The notes under the pieces were generated by a model. That model was not told the DNA's origin. It ran no database searches and was given only the letters and a program-made list of their open reading frames with translations. Of a stretch of DNA of 64,000 nt, positions 54,241-64,000 are shown piece after piece. The position numbers and the translations under genes are program-made. Numbering within the stretch: position 1 is the first letter of the stretch; the number at the start of each line of letters is the position of its first letter. The DNA comes from Octopus sinensis (Eukaryota), in the NCBI RefSeq assembly GCF_006345805.1, contig NC_043011.1:27788464-27852463 (forward strand). The letters are read 5' to 3'.

Positions 54241-55268
54241 TTTAAATTGCAGCTATTAGTAGTAGCGTTTGTGGTAGGAGCGTTAGTAGTAGTATTATTT
54301 ACATGTATGCATGCATGTACGAACTACGTAAGTACGTATGTATGTGTGATTAAGAAGGTTTGTTTAAGAATCCAGTGGACAGCAGAATATTAAACTTCCA
54401 TAAAGGTAAAGCAAACTAATATGTAATCATGCTGGCATATTGAAATGGCGTATTATCATTCAAACTATACATGTCTGTAATTAAGGTTGTTGATAGTGTC
54501 TGCAATTAAATGTCTCTATATCGCCAGCTGTATGATAGGTATTCTGCTACAACTTGCTTTTAATTAATGCAAGCAATTCTACTGCTAATGGATATCTACC
54601 GAAAAAGAAATTAGGGTGATCATCTAAATGCCGTTTTCTCTTAGTGAGCTCAGAGCCAATTTTTAATGTTATAATATTGATTGAATATACCCATTATCCA
54701 TTTGTCTTACAGGTATCACACATTTGAATGACACAAATTATTTATTACCCGTATTGCAATAAATTCCCCTACTTGACTATGTGTAGAGTGGATTGTAGGG
54801 GCACTCGTGAAGACGTCCATTAATATCTGCAATATACGCAACACATATGGGCGAAACCCAGCAATGGTTATACAGTTAAGAGCATCGCTTCACAACTAAG
54901 AGACTTCGTTCGTGTGACCTTATGCGTGGCATCTTCATTTACTAAGCAGAATGGGTATCAGTGGGTTTATTCGTTATCTTTGAAGGATTTGTCTTGCGGA
55001 ATCACATATATAAATGGAAATAGAAACGCTGGAAAGAATTGAACTCGTAAGAGTGAGATACAAAAATAATGTGATGCATTTTGAATATTTTTTGCCCGTG
55101 TCGTAATTTCACCATATTCTACATTTATAGAAAAGTCAATCGATTGTAAGATTACCAGCAAAGACTATCGTTATTCTCTGTAAATTATGACGAACAAGGT
55201 AGCTTAACGCAGATGTTTGCACAGTTAATGTATTCACTTCACATCCATATAATTTCTGTAATTGGTAT

Positions 55269-55531
55269 CAGTAATGCATAATGGATAAAGTTTTGCAACC
55301 ATAGTCGAAAGTCGACCAAAATGGTTTGAATATCCCTCCTCTACTTTAACACTATAACAAGGTCTTTGGATAGCCTCCTCTTTGTTATAGGATTTCTGAC
55401 CAGTAATGCATAATGGATAAAGTTTTGCAACCATAGTCGAAAGTCGACCAAAATGGTTTGAATATCCCTCCTCTACTTTAACACTATAACAAGGTCCTTG
55501 GATAGCCTCCTCTTTGTTATAGGATTTCTGA
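55269..55531. repeat. 132-bp tandem duplication
   Basis: Two near-identical units starting at 55269 and 55401. Confidence 0.9.
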
Positions 55532-56120
55532 TCTTCCTTTCACCTACTAGAGCTTTTCTTCCTCTTCTGATTAAGCGATAAAAATTGCAGATCGCTTCAC
55601 TTCAGGAACACAATGTGATTTTATGCAGATTTATGATATTTAAAATATCTTCAAATTTCTGGTTTTGTGAGGTGGAGGAAAGTTTTTTTTTCTTATTTAT
55701 TCTTTTGGTTATTTCAATTTTTGTTTCAAAATTATAATTTTTTCACGTTTAATCCTACATTTCAATGAACTTAACTGGTCTCAAGTATTACCCTTTTGAA
55801 GTGTTTGTTGGAAGTGCTTCTCAATTAATATCTTAAGCATAGGAGATTATTCTTCTGCATATATACTATATTTACACAATGGGCAGATTTAAAGTGGTAG
55901 ATTTAACTAAAACCCAGTCAAATATGTATTAGACCGCCAGATCTGGAAAGATTCTGCAGTATCAGTAACAAGCAATGTGTAGGTATAAGCGAATGTTAAG
56001 TTGGTTCAAATATGTTTATAGTATATTTCAACTTCTAAAGACAAATTCACTGCAGTGCAGTTACTTTAGAGAGACAAATTCTCTCTCGTGTTACAAACAT
56101 AATTTCAGTAACCTGGTATA

Positions 56121-56530
56121 TCTTTGTCTTTTCTTTTTCAGTCATTTTGACTGCGGCCATGCTGGAGCACCGCCTTTAATCGAGCAACTCGACCCCGGGA
56201 CTTGTTCTTTGTAAGCCCAGTACTTATTCTATCGTTCTCTTTGGCCGAACCGCTAGGTGACGGGGACATAAACACACCAGCATCGGTTGTCAAGCAATGC
56301 TAGGGGGACAAACACAGACACACAAACATACACGCACACACACACACATATATATATACATATATACGACGGGCTTCTTTCAGTTTCTGTCTACCAAATC
56401 CACTCACAAGGCTTTGGTCGGCCCGAGGCTATAGTAGAAGACACTTGCCCAAGGTGCCACGCAGTGGGACTGAACCTGGAACCATGTGGTTGGTAAACAA
56501 GCTACTTACCACACAGCCACACCTGCGCCT
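56121..56530 (-). mobile_element. SINE family C
   Basis: Homologous to 1081-1581 along its full length. Confidence 0.85.
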
Positions 56531-56540
56531 ATATATATCG

Positions 56541-56569
<29 letters not shown>

Positions 56570-56571
<2 letters not shown>

Positions 56572-56881
56572 TCGTGATCACCGTGACCGACCAGGCTATT
56601 AGATGTTGCTACACATCGCTGGTCACAATGCGCTTCACATTGTTTTAGCCTTCAAATGACGCCACCCCGCTGGCTAAGCGAACAGGCCAACAGAAAAAAA
56701 GAGTGAGAGAAAGTTGCGGCGAAAGAGTACAGCAGGGATCGCCACCACCCACTGCCGGAGCCTCGTGGGGATTTAGGTGTTTTCGCTCAATAAACACTCA
56801 CAACGCCCGGTCTGGGAATTGAAACCGCGATCCTACAACCGCGAGTCCGCTGCCCTAACCACTAGGACATTGCGCCTCCAC
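56570..56881 (-). mobile_element. SINE with tRNA head and RTE-type tail ending in (AT)n
   Basis: Minus-strand tail ctggtcggtcacggtgatcacgatgat(at)n. A tail-only copy lies at 37183-37305. Confidence 0.8.
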
Positions 56882-56885
56882 ACAG

Positions 56886-56925
<40 letters not shown>

Positions 56926-56964
56926 TCGTTTGGCAAGATTCTTGATGTGAAACCGTGTGTTGAA

Positions 56965-57700
56965 ACAGATATTGTTGTATTTGGGGATGGTGATGTTGCC
57001 AGCTTAGCCAATAAAACACACGTACTATATATTTGGTGTTAATTTGTTACCGTATATAGTTATTTAATTCCATTTGTTTATCTGTGTATTGTATTATATG
57101 TTGTTCATATTGTAATTAGTTTATGGGGATCTTATTATGTCATATATTGTTTGTGGTGTGTTGGGATGTGGGCTAGCAAACACGCCCAAAACACCACAAA
57201 ATATGACAGAATAAGATCCCAATAACTGATAACAAAATATAATACGATACACAGATAAACAAATGGAATTAAATAACTATATATGTTAACAAAATTAAAT
57301 TAAATACAAAAAAAGAAAAATAGGAAAATGTAGGTATAAACACATGAAAAAATACATATTAAAGGAACGTGTATAAACAGGAGATACAGATAATACAGGC
57401 AATCCTCCCACACAGGCACATACTAAACATAGGCTTACATAGGGGTATACGCATCCGCAAATAAAGGCATACAATAGGAATACAAAATATAAAATGTCTG
57501 ATCGTTAGTAAGGAAAGACACACAAATAAAAAAGAAGAAAGCAAAGGACCACTGGTGAGGTCACAGAAGTGTGACGAAAGAACTCTAGCCGAAATACGAT
57601 TAACGTAAAAATAAATAAAACTGAAGCAAATTAACACCAAATATATAATGCGTGTGATCTATTGGCTAAACTGGCAACATGGCCATCCCCAATACAATAT
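56965..57700. repeat. Nested inverted repeats
   Basis: 57040-57170 vs 57181-57300, and 56965-57045 vs 57625-57700, are reverse complements. Confidence 0.75.
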
Positions 57701-57701
57701 A

Positions 57702-57763
<62 letters not shown>

Positions 57764-57764
57764 A

Positions 57765-58171
<407 letters not shown>

Positions 58172-58375
58172 TATGTTATTATATGTATAATATATAATGT
58201 ATATATATAAACAACGATAATGCGATACAATAAATTATTATATATAATCGCCGGTGTACCAGTACACGCCATATATACATATATCATTACATTCAGGGCG
58301 AAGAGTGTACTAGATACACAATAGCTGGATAAATTTAGTGAGATGAGAATTAAAAACTTTTACAAACTTAACTTT

Positions 58376-58449
58376 TCTTATACTGCAGTTTCGCCAAATT
58401 CATTAATAAAATATAGTATTTATTTACTCAGGCTGGCTCTTCAGTAAGA
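58376..58449 (-). ncRNA. Type I hammerhead ribozyme, copy 1
   Basis: Minus strand: TCTTA-CTGAAGA-GCCA...TGGC-GAAA-CTGCAG-TA-TAAGA. Stem I TCTTA/TAAGA, core CUGAAGA and GAAA, stem II GCCA/TGGC, stem III with palindromic CTGCAG, GUA cleavage triplet. Confidence 0.85.
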
Positions 58450-58766
58450 TCCTGTTAATGTGGAAAGACCATACCAATAGATCCATGTGCGTCTATCGAA
58501 ATGCTCTTTCTAAACTATTCAAAACATGCGCAGACTCCGAACAAACCCGACAAAATAGGGGATTGTGGTATATGTCTAACGGTCAGAATTATCGAGAGAA
58601 TATGTAAACAAAGATAATGCGATACATAAAATTAATTATAATCGCCGGTGTACCAGTAACGCCATATTTATACATATATCATTACATTCAGGGCGAAGAG
58701 TGTACTAGATACACAATACTGGATAATTTAGTGAGATGAAATTAAAAACTTTTCAAACTTAACTTT

Positions 58767-58837
58767 TCTTATACTGCAGTTTCGCCAAATTCAAATAAAA
58801 ATAGTATTTATTTACTCAGGCTGGCTCTTCAGTAAGA
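58767..58837 (-). ncRNA. Type I hammerhead ribozyme, copy 2
   Basis: Same core and stems as copy 1; differs only by small indels in the stem II loop. Confidence 0.85.
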
Positions 58838-59167
58838 TTCCTGTTAATGATGGAAAGACCATACCAATAGATCCATGTGCGTCTATCGAAATGCTCTTTC
58901 TAAACTATTCAAAACACTGCGCAGACTCCGAACAAACCCGACAAAATAGGGGATTGTGGTATATCGTCTAACGGTCAGAATTTATCGAGAGAATATGTAA
59001 ACAAAGATAAATGCGATACAATAAAATTAATTATAATCGCCGGTGTACCAGTACACGCCATATATTATACATATATCATTACATTCAGGGCGAAGAGTGT
59101 ACAAGATACACAATAGCTGGATAAATTTAGTGAGATGAGAATTAAAAACTTTTACAAACTTAACTTT

Positions 59168-59240
59168 TCTTATACTGCAGTTTCGCCAAATTCAGTAATA
59201 AAAATAGTATTTATTTACTCAGGCTGGCTCTTCAGTAAGA
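59168..59240 (-). ncRNA. Type I hammerhead ribozyme, copy 3
   Basis: Plus strand reads tcttatactgcagtttcgcca...tggctcttcagtaaga, the reverse complement of an intact hammerhead. Confidence 0.85.
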
Positions 59241-59570
59241 TTCCTGTTAATGATGGAAAGACCATACCAATAGATCCATTGCGTCTATCGAAATGCTCTT
59301 TCTAAACTATTCAAAACACTGCGCAGACTCCGAACAAACCCGACAAAATAGGGGATTGTGGTATATCGTCTAACGGTCAGAAATTTATCGAGAGAATATG
59401 TAAACAAAGATAAATGCGATACAATAAAATTAATTATAATCGCCGGTGTACCAGTACACGCCATATATTATACATATATCATTACATTCAGGGCGAAGAG
59501 TGTACTAGATACACAATAGCTGGATAAATTTAGTGAGATGAGAATTAAAAACTTTTACAAACTTAACTTT

Positions 59571-59643
59571 TCTTATACTGCAGTTTCGCCAAATTCAGTA
59601 ATAAAAATAGTATTTATTTACTCAGGCTGGCTCTTCAGTAAGA
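59571..59643 (-). ncRNA. Type I hammerhead ribozyme, copy 4
   Basis: Same sequence as copy 3; core and stems I-III intact. Confidence 0.85.
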
Positions 59644-60061
59644 TTCCTGTTAATGATGGAAAGACCATACCAATAGATCCATGTGCGTCTATCGAAATGC
59701 TCTTTCTAAACTATTCAAAACACTGCGCAGACTCCGAACAAACCCGACAAAATAGGGGATTGTGGTATATCGTCTAACGGTCAGAAATTTATCGAGAGAA
59801 TATGTAAACAAAGATAAATGCGATACAATAAAATTAATTATAATCGCCGGTGTACCAGATATATATATGTGTATATATATATGTATATATATATATGTAT
59901 ATATGTATATATATGTATATATATGTATATATATATATGTAATATATTTTATATGTGTATATATATATATATGTATATATGTATATATATGTATATATAT
60001 ATATATATATATATACATATGTATATATATATGTATGTATGTGTGTATGTGTATGTATATA

Positions 60062-60109
<48 letters not shown>

Positions 60110-60680
60110 TATGTATGTGTATGTGTATGTATACATATATATATGTATGTGTGCGTGTGTGTATGACTATATGCTCTTTTAAACGATTAAATACTCACTC
60201 ATGTATGCCATAACAATCCTTCACTTGCTCTTGTTTAATGTAACACTCTATTTTGGCTTTTCCTGACTACTTAAAGCGTTTCACTACCAATAATAATTAT
60301 TGATTAAGGCTCACCGCAGTGCTGGCTATAATTTATGTATGATGTATTTTCAATCGACTTTCAGAAATATTCAAAATATTAAAACCGTTATAACTCTCAA
60401 GTAACAGTGAAGACGCCCGAAGAATGATTTCGTAATTAATTGCTTAATTTATCGCTACGGTAACTGGTTTTACTTCAAGCAACCTTATTCAGAGAATGAG
60501 CAAATCACACCCACAAAAACTAAAAATTCTTTCTGTCTTGATTCGGTGATTCATGAATTTTTCATTAATCAAATATGTTCGTTAATTTACAATATTCCTC
60601 TTAAAGCACATTAGGATTTAATTTCCAAATCTTTAAACTATGTCTATGAGTATGTACATATATATATATATATAATATAT

Positions 60681-60724
<44 letters not shown>

Positions 60725-60813
60725 ATATAATTCGAGACAAAACCACTATTTTAAAACCAAACAAGGAAAGACTTAATCAATACATAAAATTTTAATATAA
60801 ATTAAATAAACCG

Positions 60814-60856
60814 CCACTACAAATGTTTCATGTCTGCTCCGACAATCTTCAGGTGG
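60814..60856 (-). ncRNA. Minimal type I hammerhead ribozyme in the inverted PLE terminal repeat
   Basis: Minus strand: CCAC-CTGAAGA-TTGTC-GGAGCA-GACAT-GAAA-CATTTG-TA-GTGG. Stem I CCAC/GTGG, stem II TGTC/GACA with a T-T mismatch at the core-proximal pair, GUA site. Confidence 0.7.
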
Positions 60857-62055
60857 ATTTTCGATCTAAAAATAGCAATATTTTAAAATATAATTTAAAA
60901 TAATTTAAAATAATAAAACAATAAAATTATCAATGAAAGAATGTAAAAAAATAAAAATATAATCTATATATAATCTATATATAATCTATATATAATCAAT
61001 ATATAATCTAAAATAATCTAAAATAAACCCTATAAACAATTGAATATAAAAACCTATAATAAAAGTTCTCATATTTAAAAATGTACAAAAACCAAAAAAC
61101 AACAAGCAAAAAACAAAAACCAAAACCTAAAAACAAAAAACAAAAAATAAACTATATATACACATACATGCTCATACACTCAACACATTACTTATTCATA
61201 CTTCCTCACACACACATACAACACTCAATTCATAAACAATATACATATACCCGCTCACACATACATATACATACACATACATACAGAACACGATATATAC
61301 CAATATATAAACACCCACACCCATACAGATAAATAAATTACGCAAACAATCACACACACACACACACACACACACATTTTCACACATACATAAACACTCA
61401 AAAGAAAACCGAACAATTCTTAGCACGTGGATATCAAACATTTAAAAAAAATTATGAATGGAAATGAAATCCATACATTCAAGTATAAATATAACTATAC
61501 AAACCCTAACACAATACACACAAATACACACACATATATACACACACCCACAAACATAACCATATACACACTCACACATACATATACATACGTACAAGTC
61601 CCGATACAAACAAACTTTAATAAAACGACCATGAAAAACGAAAACTCATATATATTAATATATATATAAAAGAGTGTGTACACGCAGACGGGTGCAATCA
61701 CACGCACATTCAAAACTTACATATATACAAGTGCATAAATAATCACACCCAATTACATAGCACTCATACACTCCCACATCTACACTTGTACACTTGTACA
61801 CTCTCACACATACATACACACCCATACCTACATACAAAAAATTCTTAGTAAAATAATCATGATAAATAAAATCCATACATACAAGTATAAATATAAAGAT
61901 ACAACCCATTACACAATACACATAAATACACACACATATATACACACACCCACAAACATAACCATATACACACTCACACATACAAATAATACGTACAAAA
62001 CTAGATACAATCAAATACGCACAGGCACACAAATTCACACATACATTCTGCACAA

Positions 62056-62642
62056 GCTACTGATTTAGTAGGTATTTATCTTTTATCTGAACTCCAATTA
62101 GAAAATCTTAAGATAGAGGGTGGTTTATATAGAGATGATCTTCTACTAATTACAAAGAATTGTACTAAAAGGAATCTAGAAGTATATAAGAAAAAACTAT
62201 ATAGTTTCTTTAAAAGATATGGTTTAAGTATTACTATATATAAGGAGAATTATAATGTTAATTATCTAGATGTTAATTTTAATCTAATTACAGGTAAAAC
62301 ACAACCATATCATAAAATTAATGAGAACCTTAGGTATATAAATGTTAATAGTAATCACCCAAATTCTATTAAAAATTCGTTGATTAATAATATAAGTAAA
62401 CGTATTTCATTACTCTCTTATGATATAGAGATTTTTAATAGACATGCCACTTATTATAATGAGGCCCTTAGAGGGGCAGGTTATAATAGGAATATTAAAT
62501 TTTATAATATTGATGATATAGATTTAAATAATTTAGGAGATAATTATAATAATAATTATAATTTTGTTGGTATTAGTGGTATAAATATTAGAAATTATAA
62601 AATTAAAAATAAAAATAAAAATAAAAATAATAAAAATAAAAA

Positions 62643-62684
<42 letters not shown>

Positions 62685-63571
62685 TAATAAAAATAAAAAT
62701 AAAAATAAATTGAATAATAATAATAATAATATGGATAAAATTAATAACATTAATAATTCCTTAAATGCTGTATATAAATATAATTCTGATAATAATTTTA
62801 ATAATATGAAGAATTCTAAATTTAATAATTATAATACTGACAATTATTATAAGGTGAATAAGAATAAAATTTGGTTAATAGTTCCTTATGGTGATCAAGT
62901 AAAAACGAATATTATCAAAGAGATTTTAGATATTATAGAACTATTTATTAGAGATAATCGTAAATATAAAAATATTTTCTCTAGTGATAATTTTGGAGTA
63001 GGTTATTCCACTACTAATAATGTAGGTAACATTATTTCTTCATTTAATAAATTTAAACTGAATAATTTTTATAAAATAAATTATTTGATAATAATAATAA
63101 GGATAAGACATATATTAATTGTACTTGTAGAGATAAATCTAAATGTAAATTAAATAATAAATGTGATATTAAAGATGTAGTGTATAAATGTATAGTTACA
63201 TTACATGATAATAACTTTAAGAAGAATAATTACCCAAAAGCGGTTTATATAGGGTCTACTTCCTCTAAAATAAAATTAAGAATCGCACAACATATGAATT
63301 CTTTTAAAAATAAAAACTTAATCAACTCCACTGGACTTAGTAAGTACATTTGGAGAATTAATCACAAAATATTAATTATAGTTTAAATTGGGAAATAATT
63401 TGTAAAACTAAATCATATACTATAGGAGCGAATTGTTGTTATTTATGCTCTAATGAGTTTAAAGAAATTTTATTTTATAAGTATGATAATTTACTTAATA
63501 TAGGTGAAGAGCGCAAAATAAAATGTAGACATAGATTACTTTACCTATATAATAGGTTCCATGATAAATAA
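62056..63571 (+). pseudogene. Penelope-like RT C-terminal half, N/K-rich linker and GIY-YIG endonuclease (5'-truncated, about 2 frameshifts)
   Basis: Frame open from 62056: ATDLVGIYLL...GGLYRDD...NYLDVNFNL...YINVNSNHP. After a frameshift near 63085 it continues CTCRDKSKC, VVYKC...VYIGST, RIAQH...LSKYIW, WEII...CYLC, and ends KCRH...HDK* at 63571. Confidence 0.85.
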
Positions 63572-64000
63572 AATTAATAGCCCCCTATTATAGGTTATTT
63601 TAGGTTAATTTGTTTTTAGTTTAGAGTACCAAGTATATATTTCTAGTTTAATAGTTTAGGCTTTAATTATAGTTAGTATTTAATTGGTAATTCTTTGTTT
63701 TGTATTTAATTAATATTTTATTGAGTGTGGGAATGAATAATAGTGTATACATCGAGTTTGTACGTAAGTATATGTATGTGTGAGTGTGTATTTGGTTATG
63801 TTTGTGGGTGTGTGTATATATGTGTGTGTATTTGTATGTATTGTGTATGAAAGGGGTTTTATCTTTATCTTTTTATTTGTATGTATGGACTTCATTATCA
63901 TGATTAGTTTAATAAGTATTTTGCATGAAGGTATGGGTGTGTATGTAGGTGTGCGTGTGTACAAGTGTAAGTATAGATGCGGTTTTGTATGAGTGCTATG

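Larger units (their letters stand above)
58209..59858 (-). mobile_element. Tandem array (~4.1 x ~400 bp) of hammerhead-ribozyme-bearing non-coding units; candidate non-LTR retrozyme
   Basis: The same ~400-bp unit recurs four times nearly identically, with hammerhead starts at 58376, 58767, 59168 and 59571 (spacing 391, 401, 403). No meaningful ORF. Both flanks are (TA)n-type microsatellite. Confidence 0.85.
60730..64000 (+). mobile_element. Penelope-like element, 5'-truncated, preceded by an inverted copy of its 3' terminal repeat (pLTR)
   Basis: RT plus GIY-YIG coding region at 62056-63571. Sequence at ~63640-64000 is the reverse complement of ~61290-61700. A hammerhead lies in the inverted copy. 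Confidence 0.8.

Noticed and set aside
57545-57605. Hammerhead-like CTGGTGA...GAAA
   Set aside because: The core is mutated and stems I and III cannot be formed consistently; at most a decayed relic.
58209-59858. CRISPR array or plain satellite interpretation
   Set aside because: The context is eukaryotic, there are no unique spacers or cas genes, and the units are ~400 bp with a conserved ribozyme fold.

Overview
AT-rich eukaryotic non-coding DNA packed with microsatellites and transposon relics. The SINE families and repeat landscape look like an octopus/cephalopod genome (inference from recognition, not a search). No host gene can be called with confidence, and nearly all ORF-track entries are translated microsatellites or SINEs. 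Supportable content: many tRNA-derived SINEs of about three families; a TSD-flanked 1.6 kb retroposon encoding only a gag-like ORF1 (4012-5659); an RT-deleted Gypsy element; Dong/R4, RTE and CR1-like LINE fragments; Tc1/mariner relics; a non-autonomous Helitron; and a young 5'-truncated Penelope-like element (PLE) with an inverted terminal repeat at the right end. The most striking signal is a non-coding tandem array of four ~400-bp units (58209-59858). Each unit carries a complete type I hammerhead ribozyme on the minus strand, matching a retrozyme/circular-RNA element, and the array lies about 1 kb from the hammerhead-bearing PLE. Several long inverted repeats also occur, one with a further near-canonical hammerhead.
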